From positions 2,761-66,760 of the forward strand of contig JAOZSQ010000002.1 in NCBI GenBank assembly GCA_029939595.1: a stretch of 64,000 nt of DNA. Direction: 5' to 3'. This DNA comes from Thermoplasmatota archaeon (lineage in GTDB: Archaea; Thermoplasmatota; E2; DHVEG-1). Both the position numbers and the translations under genes were made by a program. Below are positions 19,301 to 29,279 of the stretch, piece after piece (the first letter of the stretch is position 1; each line of letters begins with the position of its first letter). Below the pieces are notes generated by a model. That model saw only the letters and a program-made list of their open reading frames with translations, did not search any database and was not told the DNA's origin.

Positions 19301-20344
19301 GGCACCAGCAGCATTTTGTGTGATAATTGTTCCGCTTGTGCTACTACCAGTACCAATGAATGAAAGACGTTTATTAACAAGAATATTTTCATTATAAGTC
19401 CCTGTATCTATGTTTATTATATCAGCATTAGATGAAGCATCAATAGCATCTTGAATGAGCATACCAGGGATTACATAATAATTATCCTCAATTGGAACAT
19501 TATAAATTATCATGTTTTCATATGGGAACCCCGAAATCATCATCCCATTAGCAAATGTTTTCGCATCAGTTAATGTTTCCTGATAATACCATTGTTTATA
19601 GTTCCAAATACCTGTTCTTAGACCATATACCACATAATCAAATTCATCCGGAATATCAACATTAATAAAATCACCATATGGAGGATCCTGTTCAAATAAT
19701 AAAGGCGCAGGTTCATCAGCATCAAAAGATCCACTGAAATCAATATTCTCTGCATTTTCATTAACTGCTTGAATACTTACTCCACCCCATGGATTGTTAC
19801 TTGTAGTAATATCTGAGATAGAAATATTATTTGAATCAAGAACCATGATACCAAAACCACCAACAGTATCAACAACCACAATGTTTGATAGAATTGCTGT
19901 ATCAATTGTATGTAAGTCAACACCAGTTTTTCCAGAATCTTCTACACGAATGTTTTCAAGAGTGATATTACTTACATGGGAAACTTTAAAACCATAATTA
20001 CTAGATCCAATAAGAGTAACATCTTTAAATGTTGAATTGTCGCCAAAGTTGCTAATTGCATAAACTGAAAAACCACTTGCATTAATAATGGTACTTCCAA
20101 CTCCTGCCCCATCAATCGTTAATTCTTTTCCATTAAGATTAATAGTTTCAATATAAGTACCAGCTGCGATAATTATTTCATCACCATCGGATGCTGCATT
20201 AATTGCTGCTTGAATGGTTGAATAATCTCCAGGTACATTTATGGTTGCTGCACTTGCTGTTGGTAAAAATGCTAACGCACTTAGACACATTGTCACTACA
20301 ACTGCGAAAATCATCAGCTTCTTTAAATTCTTTTTTTCTTTCAT
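16301..20344 (-). CDS. Giant (1347 aa) secreted parallel beta-helix repeat protein with CNWWG-type inter-module repeats and a C-terminal beta-sandwich domain
   Basis: Signal peptide present. It has many Gly/Asn/Asp/Ser/Thr-rich PbH1-like turns. Repeated linker motifs are CNWYNDISGPSGDG...YPDGDCVGGL and CNWWGDITGPT...YPYGDCVGGL. Confidence 0.7.
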   Translation of the reverse strand: MKEKKNLKKLMIFAVVVTMCLSALAFLPTASAATINVPGDYSTIQAAINAASDGDEIIIAAGTYIETINLNGKELTIDGAGVGSTIINASGFSVYAISNFGDNSTFKDVTLIGSSNYGFKVSHVSNITLENIRVEDSGKTGVDLHTIDTAILSNIVVVDTVGGFGIMVLDSNNISISDITTSNNPWGGVSIQAVNENAENIDFSGSFDADEPAPLLFEQDPPYGDFINVDIPDEFDYVVYGLRTGIWNYKQWYYQETLTDAKTFANGMMISGFPYENMIIYNVPIEDNYYVIPGMLIQDAIDASSNADIINIDTGTYNENILVNKRLSFIGTGSSTSGTIITQNAAGAGDSDVGVVQITASGLSDTQPILFKDIRVEPISLAGFSVGLFCEDTATIVEYIKLDNVRVIGTNTNPSTEQERGLYVDTTSSLSHLTVVDSSFDDLTYGWYLHKQVSADTSTVQYVSVSDTTFNHNNHKGIYAEKLSDATFTDCSIEENGFDSSVLPSHFAPWSAGIDINLKSGTYENFVFDTCVFTDNAIDESKEGVGLTVKERGTGNNPSGGYTTYPAHCNEVLVTECTFTNNERGMRFGEPGKENLGPTNVTIEDCNIVGNVQHYSGIDGSAYGGLINQMQAEIIAECNWYNDISGPSGDGPGTGDAVQEVVGSIDYIPWLDKSYPDGDCVGGLCADPVWVDDDAASSWYDWDHVLTIQTAVDRVCEGGTVYVAAGTYDEAISIDKSLTIIGSGDDQTFIKSTAKSSPLMTVSANDVTIQDIELTDDVQLVEGISIVSGASSGLTVENVDFNNLGNSGTNAYGINIHTSFTGLSVIDSDFIAMVHTSSSRGIGIFAGNSFNLNDFEVTGSTFDRLFVGIYLSSAIDGLDVIGNTFGPFQLSDCVACVSGVYIGDGDDENFDIENVVVTDNLFTEYGRGVYVWNYGCNATIGSFEIYENIFTNSIWSSSVRFIGGIGHDENISFDGPIEIDDNIITQNSDVGANVAMIDFRTYCKLESCEIAVTNNEITFSGGAYDDAMYGIKLSAWEGPFTNTIVENNNLNGGNTTGAGEVPSSGIVINHKSDLFWPSDVLEMDIIGNDITGFDNGVCVYDTLYDQYGSLPTGSILNVNYNNIYGNALYGLRNDNGEIVDATCNWWGDITGPTQVSNPSGIGDQVSDNVTFLPWLDDEYPYGDCVGGLTIELDINQIVFDRGFPIRHAIDGDWAGAQSYLPTKSVITSVDIYLRKFGNPEFDLIVELRENSPTGTLLDTVTITNTSAPSGWTWLNIDFEDTTVTPGTDYLIVCPPAPSGVTTSFGYEWGYAFGNQYNDGSFWFTRDSGGLWRDLPTMYEFTFKTYGY

Positions 20345-20968
20345 TATTAATTTCTCCTCTTTTTGGTTTTTTTTATATTTTTTTGAAGAAAAAAATAGTT
20401 AACCCCCTCGTTTAAGTCATATATATCTACAAAAATCCCCCTCAATTAATTGTACTTTACTAAGATCCAATTAATTCGAATATGAAATGATTTTTCATAA
20501 ATTATATGAAATTAGTTTGGGAACACTTTTCCCTTCTAATATTAATAATATAATTAAAATCACATATATAAAGTAATGGCTAAATCTACTTTACCTAATA
20601 TTAACCAATAATATACCAATACAATAAAAAAGTCCAAATTAAATAATAAATCAAAAAATTTCCATTATTTCAAATGATTTCACGACCCTAACTAATTGAG
20701 ATGTATTTTTTCTTTATCATATCAATACAAAAAAAGAGATTTAAAATAAAAAGAATTGAAAAATATCATACGATTTTAATCTGATTTAAACGTTGTTTTA
20801 CTTTAAATTTTTTCTAACATCAATGATAAAGACTTCATCTATTCATAAACACTCATTGATGGATAAAAGTAAGATTGGTCTAAATTAAGAGTATATAGTC
20901 TCAGAAAATGTTCGGTAAAAACCAAATAAAAAACAGAATCTTATAAATGGTTGATGATAATATAAAGA

Positions 20969-21529
20969 GTGAGGTCTATGGCAAAGGTAACCCTTGATAG
21001 GGATGCATTCAAAGCATTAGCATCAGATACACGCTTGATGATTCTTCGTTCTCTTGATGGAAAAAAGATGACTGTTACAGAGTTAAGTAATGTTACAAAG
21101 ATGAATAAAGCAACTATGCATGAACATCTAAGTAAACTTCATGCAGTAGGATTAATAAAACGCAATGAACGAGAGGGCCATAAATGGGTATATTATAAGC
21201 TTTCTTGGAAAGGGGCTTCTCTTTTACATCCTGAAAATAATCGTATTGTAGTAATGTTTTCAACAACGTTTCTTGTATTAATCGCAGGGATTGGAGGAAT
21301 TATCAACTATGTTTCAAGACTTAAACCTGTTGTTTTTGAGCTTGGATCAATAGAAGAAACAAAAAATTATGATATGAATGATGCAGTAATGTTGGGTGGA
21401 GAACGATCCAGTGAAATCGTAGCAAATCCTTTCTTTCTATATATTGCGTTTGCATGCATCATTTGTTTTTTGGTCTTACTTGTTATTTCATATAAAAGAT
21501 ATAAATTCAATAAAAAACCAAAATTATAG
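20969..21529 (+). CDS. ArsR-family winged-HTH regulator fused to two C-terminal transmembrane helices
   Basis: The ArsR HTH is ASDTRLMILRSL...MTVTELS...ATMHEHLSKLHAVGLI. Hydrophobic segments VVMFSTTFLVLIAGIGGII and FFLYIAFACIICFLVLLVI follow. Confidence 0.6.
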   Translation: MRSMAKVTLDRDAFKALASDTRLMILRSLDGKKMTVTELSNVTKMNKATMHEHLSKLHAVGLIKRNEREGHKWVYYKLSWKGASLLHPENNRIVVMFSTTFLVLIAGIGGIINYVSRLKPVVFELGSIEETKNYDMNDAVMLGGERSSEIVANPFFLYIAFACIICFLVLLVISYKRYKFNKKPKL

Positions 21530-21727
21530 GGTCCTAATGATCTTATTTGTTTTATTGTAAAGTTCCTAAATACAATCATTTATCAATAATTTTCTTTTGT
21601 TGAGCACTCCATTCTTTATTTGGAGTTTTTTTTAACCATTCAACATACATATCAATAAAATGTAACCTTTCAATAAAATTCTGTTTTTTTTGTTTTTCAA
21701 GTTCTTCAAGATCTATATTTGGAGTAC

Positions 21728-22327
21728 TCATTTCAAGTAAGTATTAAACAATTCCTCTGTATTAAGTTTTCTTATAAATTCTTCGAATAAAGAATGATTA
21801 ATATATTTTTGAAATATTTTATATAAATGAAGTGCATCTTCGATATCCTTTTCACTTCCGAGAAACAATTTAAATGGAATTTGTAATTCAAGAGGGGAGT
21901 TATATAAAATATACTGATTTAAAACGATTTTTTTTCTTTTTACCAATGTCCACTCGTCAAGTGATGTTTTTGGATATTTAAATTCAACATTAGGTATAAA
22001 TGAGCTTTTTCTTGCAAATCGTAAAGCACTTTCCTCCATTAAATAATTATGATAAGCTTCATTTGGATCATTTGAATTGATACATTCATAATCTTTTTCA
22101 ATATAGTTCCAGAATGATTTAAAATTTTGAAAACTCTGTTTTTCAACGATTATATCAATGTCTTCTGATGTTCTATTTCTACCAAAAAGAATTGAGATAT
22201 AACCACTAACGATAACATATTTTGAGAATTTTTCCAATTTTTCTGTAAAATCAATTGTAAATTGATCAAGTTTAGATAATACCTTATCTTGAATTGAGAT
22301 ACAATTTTCAGAATAATTAAAATCCAT
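21728..22327 (-). CDS. Hypothetical protein with a possible minimal nucleotidyltransferase motif
   Basis: SGYISILFGRNRTSEDIDIIVE resembles the pol-beta NTase G[SG]...D.D signature. The match is weak. Confidence 0.3.
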   Translation of the reverse strand: MDFNYSENCISIQDKVLSKLDQFTIDFTEKLEKFSKYVIVSGYISILFGRNRTSEDIDIIVEKQSFQNFKSFWNYIEKDYECINSNDPNEAYHNYLMEESALRFARKSSFIPNVEFKYPKTSLDEWTLVKRKKIVLNQYILYNSPLELQIPFKLFLGSEKDIEDALHLYKIFQKYINHSLFEEFIRKLNTEELFNTYLK

Positions 22328-22387
22328 TAATTACCAATGAAACATATATTAAAACGCTTTTAAATATCTTTTGAAGATAATCAAAGA

Positions 22388-25300
22388 TTATTGTTTCTTA
22401 TGATTTGGATCTCCTTTTGAGATGATATATCCTTTATGTTTTTTTCTCCATTTTCCCCAAAATAAAAGGACTGGCGGGAGGATAAAAATTGAGGTGAGAA
22501 ACGCAAATACAATCGTTAATGCGGTAATAATACCAAATTGTTGTTGCACCGGCATTGGTGTAAAGACCAACATTCCAAAACCAAACATTGTCGTTACAGC
22601 AGATATTAGCAATGCTCCACCAGTGTGACCTATGGTTTCTGAGACTGCACCAATAACATCACCCGTATTATTTGCATATAATCTAAATCTTTCCACGGTA
22701 TGGATTGCATATGTGATTCCTAGGCCAATTGTAAGGCTAGTTATCATTATAGTCATCACATTAAGGTTGTATCCAATGAAGTACATTGCTCCAACAATCC
22801 AAAGTGTTGAGATTAACACAGGTATCATTGTGATTAAACCAAGAACGGGGTTTCGATATGCAATTATAAGTACGATTCCTGCAAGTACAAGACATACGAT
22901 TGTAGAGATTAGTTGACTTTCAGTCATTGACTTCATAATTACATGCATCATAGAATTCTCACCGGTAACCGTTACGGTCGACTCATCAAATAGCCCTTCA
23001 ACATCTTCATTGAGTCCATTATAAAGAACCTCCATGGCATTACTAACATCATCCCCATTATCACCATTAATATTAGTATACACATGCACAACCATAGCAT
23101 CATATCTACCTGCATTGGATTGATGTAGATACGATTGCATTTCATAACCATAGTTTTCATGATCATATAGGTAATCAAAGAATTCTTCAACCATGGAATC
23201 TGAGGATGGTACCCCATTATTGTTTAAGGAAAACCTGGAAACAAGAGATGTGTTAGCCTCCATTGCGTTTTGCATTACCGATAGAACGGAACCTGTTTTT
23301 GGAACACCATCACGAGAGAACATGACAAAACCATCATCTTTGCAGTTTTGAATTGCTTTATGGATATCTTCAAGATTTGATACATGAGCAATGTCTTCTT
23401 GTTCAATTAGGATATATTCTTTTTCCTGAGATGCAAAAGGAAATTCATTAAGAATTGTTGTCATCACAGTAACTGATGGGTTTTCTTCAGGTAGGAAATC
23501 CCCCATAGAGAATCCTGTTTCAATCTGCATTGCACCATATCCCATAATTCCAGTTATCAAAATTGTGAGAATAAGAATGTGAACTGGATGATTACAGACA
23601 ACACGTGCAATTTTTCGCATGATCTTACCATGTTCTTGAGTCTTTGGTTTAATTTTTTTTATCTGATTCTTTTTATCTGTTTTTCTATCCAAAATAAATC
23701 GCATTGCTGCCTGGAATGTAAGAGTAATTGCAAATACAAATGCAATTCCAACAGCACACAACACACCAAAATCTCTAAGAGGAATCATTGTTGCAGTAAG
23801 AAACGATAAAAACGCAATAAACGTGGTAATGGTTGCAAGAAGCATAGCAACACCAATATCCTGAATGGACCGCTCCATAGCATGTTTAGAGGTTTTTCCT
23901 TTTCCTTTTTCGACACGGTAATTATGATAAAGATGAACTGAGTAATCTACCCCCAATCCCATTATCATTGGAATAAGGGCAACCTCCATCACCATGAATG
24001 GCATCTGTAAAAGCACCATCGTTCCAAACATCCAGATAATTGCAAAGGTTAAACCTGCAAGAGGTAGGATGACATAAGATATCTTCCGAAAGCTTATCAG
24101 CAAAATAATACTGATCACAACAAAAATCATTGGCATAATTAAACTATTTGCCTCCATTGATGCCTCATTAATCTCAGTTTCAACAATGCTATTTCCTGTT
24201 GCCTGAAAATGAATCAGATCATCTTCTTCATTTTTTTCTTCTAAAACCTCAACAACATCTTTGCTAATCGATTCAATATCCAAAGGATCTGTGGAGCTGT
24301 TTATGTTCACCATTAGAAGAACTGATGATGCGCCAGTTTCAAATTGATAATCGCTAGAAATAAAATTAATAGACGCGTCTTTTAAACCATTAAGAAATGA
24401 GGGTTTCAAAAAAACTGTACCAGTCATAAATCCAGTGTCAGGTGCTCGATCTGTTTCTACATACAGTTGATCCATTTGAGTTAATGATAATACATCCATC
24501 TCACTCATCTGATTATTCATCATCTCAAACATGCCATTGATATCATCCCATCCAATTCCAGCACGTTTTGAAAGAATGTTTTCACCAAGATTCCCTAGTA
24601 TTGGTCTTTTTTGAATGAATTGGATCATATTCTCTGTTGCATTCATACTTATAGTATTTCGTTTCCAAGGCATATTGAAAATTGGAAATTGATAGGTACG
24701 CACACCACAGTATAGGTTTCCCATTCTGGTTGGCATACCAAAACTACTAGTTTCAAAGCCAAAGCCATTTTCACCTAGCTCTTTACGAGAAACACTAATT
24801 GAAATTGCCGTGTTATCTGTGTCCCAGTTTATATTTCCAGATTTCAGAGGAATTGGAAATGCTGTTTCAGTTCCTGGTGGTGTTATCCATAGATATGGTT
24901 TGAACGTGTAACTATTGCGTAGATCTCTGCTTTTAATCAATTGAAAAATATGATTGATATTAGGGAAAAGACCATTTCTGATTTCCCAAAGTTCTTCTTT
25001 TGGTTCAAGCCTTGCGGATAAACGATACTGCATTTCCTGAAGCTTAGGTGGACCAATAATGTTTTGAAAGGATACAAACCATTCAATCACATTTGTTTTT
25101 AGTCCTCTGCTTAAAAGCATTGATTCAATATCTGAAATGTCATACAAAAGAATTGAAAAAGTTATATGGGTTTCATTTTGTTGTACCTCAAGGTTTTTCA
25201 CATCAATTGTATCAATGGATGATTTCTTTGAAAAACGCTGGAACCGTTGAAAGTCAACATCCTCATTAGAATCATCAACATCATTAATATGTATTTTTTC

Positions 25301-25732
25301 ATAAGAGGGATTGGCCATTAGATCGTGATATATGGAAAAAATTTCTTCATCGCTACATTCATTGAGACTTTTATTGTATTCAAGGTCACATACAAGATCA
25401 ACAAATCCTGCAATACTCATTACATCATCTACGCCATCTATGTGGGTAATCTCTTCTGAGACTTGAAATAATGATTTTAATCCATCCAACGAAAGAACTG
25501 AATTTTTCTCTTCACTCTCAGCAAGAACCATAATTACTTCATTGCTTGCACCAAAATAATCTTGAATTCGTTCATCTGCTAATACTACTTCATCATCTGG
25601 TAGAAAGTCATCCATAGATGTGTTCATTTCAAGTGTGGGTAATAAAATAGAAAAACCAGCAGTGATAAGAATTACAATAAGGACCACTATCAATGGTTTT
25701 GATGTAACTATTTTTCCAAGAGAATCTAGCAT
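22388..25732 (-). CDS. MMPL/RND-superfamily exporter (1114 aa, two 6-TM bundles with large extracytoplasmic domains)
   Basis: MMPL signatures are GLGVDYSVHLYHNYRVE and GLGITYAIHTVERFRLY. Architecture is twofold-repeated. Confidence 0.7.
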   Translation of the reverse strand: MLDSLGKIVTSKPLIVVLIVILITAGFSILLPTLEMNTSMDDFLPDDEVVLADERIQDYFGASNEVIMVLAESEEKNSVLSLDGLKSLFQVSEEITHIDGVDDVMSIAGFVDLVCDLEYNKSLNECSDEEIFSIYHDLMANPSYEKIHINDVDDSNEDVDFQRFQRFSKKSSIDTIDVKNLEVQQNETHITFSILLYDISDIESMLLSRGLKTNVIEWFVSFQNIIGPPKLQEMQYRLSARLEPKEELWEIRNGLFPNINHIFQLIKSRDLRNSYTFKPYLWITPPGTETAFPIPLKSGNINWDTDNTAISISVSRKELGENGFGFETSSFGMPTRMGNLYCGVRTYQFPIFNMPWKRNTISMNATENMIQFIQKRPILGNLGENILSKRAGIGWDDINGMFEMMNNQMSEMDVLSLTQMDQLYVETDRAPDTGFMTGTVFLKPSFLNGLKDASINFISSDYQFETGASSVLLMVNINSSTDPLDIESISKDVVEVLEEKNEEDDLIHFQATGNSIVETEINEASMEANSLIMPMIFVVISIILLISFRKISYVILPLAGLTFAIIWMFGTMVLLQMPFMVMEVALIPMIMGLGVDYSVHLYHNYRVEKGKGKTSKHAMERSIQDIGVAMLLATITTFIAFLSFLTATMIPLRDFGVLCAVGIAFVFAITLTFQAAMRFILDRKTDKKNQIKKIKPKTQEHGKIMRKIARVVCNHPVHILILTILITGIMGYGAMQIETGFSMGDFLPEENPSVTVMTTILNEFPFASQEKEYILIEQEDIAHVSNLEDIHKAIQNCKDDGFVMFSRDGVPKTGSVLSVMQNAMEANTSLVSRFSLNNNGVPSSDSMVEEFFDYLYDHENYGYEMQSYLHQSNAGRYDAMVVHVYTNINGDNGDDVSNAMEVLYNGLNEDVEGLFDESTVTVTGENSMMHVIMKSMTESQLISTIVCLVLAGIVLIIAYRNPVLGLITMIPVLISTLWIVGAMYFIGYNLNVMTIMITSLTIGLGITYAIHTVERFRLYANNTGDVIGAVSETIGHTGGALLISAVTTMFGFGMLVFTPMPVQQQFGIITALTIVFAFLTSIFILPPVLLFWGKWRKKHKGYIISKGDPNHKKQ

Positions 25733-26226
25733 TATTAATCACCATAATAAAAAAAAAAATCTTTTTTTCTTCGTTGCCCGTCCTACATATCAATTATTTG
25801 TGAGTATATTTTTATTTTATTGAGATTCTTGATTTTTGAATTGCATTATATTTTTGTAAATGTTGATCGGAAATTTCATTGAAACATCCATTGAATCAAT
25901 ATTTTTTTTAACCCCTATTAATAATATTATATTTAAATTATATATAAAAATTTCTCTTTTATTAATAATTTTTTATTAGTAAAATAAAATATTTTTTTAA
26001 AATATCCAGAAAATGTGGGTTGGATTATAAGTGAATAATGATTCATTGAAATATATTTCATGTATTATGATTGATATTGGTCATTATATAATATGAAAAT
26101 GGCCAGATGTGACCAGTTAAAATAAAAAATGAATGCAAAAAGAAGGATGATGTGAAGAAAAATAGTTGTCAAAAATTGAATAAGTAAAATTTTATATGAT
26201 CCACATCTTAATGTTTGTTATACAAT

Positions 26227-26478
26227 CTAATTTAATGATCCCATGATTTCTTGCTCTATGATTTGTGTAGAAGTACGAATTACTGAGGGGTGACATTGTA
26301 TTTTATTTGTCAAATCATATAATTTGTCAAGTGAAGTTGTATTTACATAAATAATTAGATCATGTTTTCCCGATACGACAGAAATTGATTTTAAATTATC
26401 AATACTTTTGATTTGTTCCATAGTTTCATGAATTTTTCCATTTTGTTTTACAGTTGTCAATACATATGCTGAGATCAT
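26227..26478 (-). CDS. Stand-alone Lrp/AsnC-type RAM (ligand-binding) domain protein
   Basis: Size is 83 aa. A beta-alpha-beta-beta-alpha-beta pattern typical of AsnC_trans_reg is suggested by HDLIIYVNTTSLDKLYDLTNKI. Confidence 0.4.
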   Translation of the reverse strand: MISAYVLTTVKQNGKIHETMEQIKSIDNLKSISVVSGKHDLIIYVNTTSLDKLYDLTNKIQCHPSVIRTSTQIIEQEIMGSLN

Positions 26479-26625
26479 TCAATAAATCCATCCTTTTTTT
26501 CTCCCGTACTAAAAATTAGATATAAAAATCTTTTCTATGTAAAAATTGTATTTGAATAAATTATTAAAAAATAAAGATTTTGAATATAATAAAAAATATA
26601 AACCTTATTGTTATAATATGATATA

Positions 26626-27681
26626 TTGGATGGTATAAAGGAAACAGAGGGTATGTACAAAATTATTAGTTTTATTTTAATTTCTTTTCTAATATTTACA
26701 CAATCTTTTTCAGGATGTATTGATCTGGATGACACATTAAATTTTTTTGATAAAGAATTGAGACGAGCAGAACCCTATTTAAAAGAAATTGTTTTTGATG
26801 ATCCAACACTTCAAACTTATGCACTTTCGGTGTGTAATGATTATGGCAGTTCAGATAAAGAATCTATTATTACTGCTCTGTATCGCCATATTGTAGAAGA
26901 TTTTTCATATATCTCAGATCCTGAAAACGAGGAACTTATCAGATCGCCAAAACAAACCATTCAATTGAAAGGAGGTGACTGTGAAGACTTATCAATTCTA
27001 CTAATGTCCCTTTTGGAAAACATGGGTATTAAAACATATCTTGTTTTAACAGAGGAACATGCTTATGCTCTTGCTTACGATGTCAATATCAGTAATCTTT
27101 GGCAATATGTAGAACAAGAGCTTGTCCAACAAGTTGAACAGGATTCAGGAGAAACAATATGGCAACATTATCATCAAACATTTACTTTACAAAAACATAG
27201 AAATTGGTATTATGGTGGAAATGGAGAGTTATTGGCTGAAAGTGAAAGTTTTGACTATTTAGAAATTATTTATAATGTTTCATCAAAACAACCAATTGAT
27301 ATGTATATTGTTCCAACTAAAGATGATTTTGATGATTTCACAAAGGATAATGATTTCACAAATTTCCCACATCATCAATATATAAAAGAAACACAGATGA
27401 ATGGTAATTGCAGCAATATGAAAAACTATGGGGGAATCATTCTGAGTAATCCACGATGGCTTGACGCACAAGTAACCGTTAATCTTACTTTTTATTCTCA
27501 TCCATCTTTTTATAAACTTTTTGAAAACAAGACAATACGAACCTATTTTGTTAAAGAAAAACACTGTGTGGTTCTTGAACCTACGGCGGGAGAGTATGGA
27601 TACCCAGGATATGATGCAAATGTTACTGGAACAAAAACTGCAATAGATCCTGTTACAAAAGATTACTTCTATTTAGATTAA
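26626..27681 (+). CDS. Secreted/lipoprotein-like transglutaminase-like cysteine peptidase-fold protein
   Basis: The transglutaminase core is LKGGDCEDLSILLMSLLENMGIKTYLV. A hydrophobic N-terminus ends in SGC (lipobox-like). Confidence 0.5.
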   Translation: MDGIKETEGMYKIISFILISFLIFTQSFSGCIDLDDTLNFFDKELRRAEPYLKEIVFDDPTLQTYALSVCNDYGSSDKESIITALYRHIVEDFSYISDPENEELIRSPKQTIQLKGGDCEDLSILLMSLLENMGIKTYLVLTEEHAYALAYDVNISNLWQYVEQELVQQVEQDSGETIWQHYHQTFTLQKHRNWYYGGNGELLAESESFDYLEIIYNVSSKQPIDMYIVPTKDDFDDFTKDNDFTNFPHHQYIKETQMNGNCSNMKNYGGIILSNPRWLDAQVTVNLTFYSHPSFYKLFENKTIRTYFVKEKHCVVLEPTAGEYGYPGYDANVTGTKTAIDPVTKDYFYLD

Positions 27682-27742
27682 TTATAAATTATCGTACTAT
27701 TATAACATTATTGATATAAAAAAATAAGAAGTTGAGATGTAT

Positions 27743-28351
27743 TTACATCTCAACAATTTTCACATGTGCAATAGCCCATCCAGCGTTATGAGGGACCATC
27801 CATTGCATTTTTAATAATTGATTTTCCCTATCAATTTTATAAAGACCTGTTAATTTTGTTTCAGATCCATCTTCTTTTATTATCTTTCCATTAAAATATC
27901 CTTTTTTCATTATACCAACAAGTTGTTGTTTTTCATCATCACCTGTTTTATTGAAGAGTCCTTTGAAAACGCCAACTCGTATACCATTTTGGGTTGTTCT
28001 GAGTGTGATTCTTCCACCCCAATATCCATTAAATTCTCTATCGGTCCCATTACCCCATTTACCTCGGATCCTTAGATATTTTTTCAAACATTTATCCGAA
28101 TCAGTAAACTCTGGAAGATCTGTTGTTTCATCTTCAGATATATATTCTTCATCATCAACAGACGAAATCTCTTCATCATATGCCTCTAAAAGTTCAGCAT
28201 CAATGTCTGCAAAAGGTGAAACATCAACATACTCGAGGTATTCTCCATTTTCCACGGTTTGGTTATTCAATACGTCTTCTGCAAGTACCAGCGTTGGGAT
28301 GAGTGCAGCAATAACTACAACCACCATTCCTATTGTGTAGATTTTTTTCAT
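27743..28351 (-). CDS. Secreted hypothetical protein with an acidic linker
   Basis: Signal peptide present. A D/E-rich region is followed by a Gly/Lys-rich beta-like domain. Confidence 0.4.
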   Translation of the reverse strand: MKKIYTIGMVVVVIAALIPTLVLAEDVLNNQTVENGEYLEYVDVSPFADIDAELLEAYDEEISSVDDEEYISEDETTDLPEFTDSDKCLKKYLRIRGKWGNGTDREFNGYWGGRITLRTTQNGIRVGVFKGLFNKTGDDEKQQLVGIMKKGYFNGKIIKEDGSETKLTGLYKIDRENQLLKMQWMVPHNAGWAIAHVKIVEM

Positions 28352-28458
28352 GTTCTATCACTTCATCCCTCCTTTTTGTCATTTTTTTTATATATGCATT
28401 TACCAAAATTTATACCAAAAGAGGCCAAAATGATACCCAAATTCAACCTAAATCATGC

Positions 28459-28950
28459 TTATTCGTTACTTAGATGAAAGAGGATAACAAGGGCAATGGT
28501 TTCAAAAAAATTAGCAATGATGGAAAATATTGCTGATTGATATGTTAATAAAATATTATATATTCCTAGCCTGGGCCCAATGGACATAATTGAGATTAAT
28601 ATATTAAGAATTGGAAGACTTAAAAGTGATTGAATAAAAAGGACAAGGAGAAACACGATTAAACCCAGAAGAAATGGGGACTGTGTGTTTTTGAAATCCT
28701 TTTTATAACTCCATAGCAATCCAGCAATAAGACTTAGATTAATACTAATAAAAATTGTTTCAAAAATAAAATTTGTTGAAAAACCATGCCAAATGTCCTG
28801 ATACTGATCAATACCTCCAATGCGCCTATGGAGGATACTCAGGCTACCAAATGAGAGGATGAGGCCAACAATAACTCCAATGACAAGAAAAACAAAGAGC
28901 ATCATGATTGTTTTTGTTTTAGGATCATATTTTTCCATTATTTTACCCAT
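28459..28950 (-). CDS. Small 4-TM membrane protein, hypothetical
   Basis: Four hydrophobic helices. It lies 23 bp downstream of a wHTH gene on the same strand. Confidence 0.4.
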   Translation of the reverse strand: MGKIMEKYDPKTKTIMMLFVFLVIGVIVGLILSFGSLSILHRRIGGIDQYQDIWHGFSTNFIFETIFISINLSLIAGLLWSYKKDFKNTQSPFLLGLIVFLLVLFIQSLLSLPILNILISIMSIGPRLGIYNILLTYQSAIFSIIANFFETIALVILFHLSNE

Positions 28951-28973
28951 TGTATATTACTCTCCTATTTCTA

Positions 28974-29279
28974 CTACTTCTTTTTTTTCCCAATTTTTCC
29001 CCAAATCTCATGAAAAAATTCCTCATTTTTTTCTAATAAATCAGATGGAAAATACATTATGCCATACCCTGAACCAGTGTGGGTGATAAGATTATTTTTT
29101 TCCAGAACTTGAATATGATGTCGAACTGTTTTATAATCAAGATTAACTTTTTTTGAAAGTTCATTGGCATTATATGGCTGTGCCCATAGGACTTCAAGAA
29201 TTCTCCCACGGTTAAACCCACCAGAAGAACCACTGAGTAACCACCAGAGAAGTCGTTTTACACCGTGCATGCCATACAA
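28974..29279 (-). CDS. Small winged-HTH transcriptional regulator (ArsR/PadR-like)
   Basis: RILEVLWAQPYNANELSKKVNLDYKTVRHHIQVLEKNNLI is a canonical wHTH recognition region. Confidence 0.5.
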   Translation of the reverse strand: MYGMHGVKRLLWWLLSGSSGGFNRGRILEVLWAQPYNANELSKKVNLDYKTVRHHIQVLEKNNLITHTGSGYGIMYFPSDLLEKNEEFFHEIWGKIGKKKK

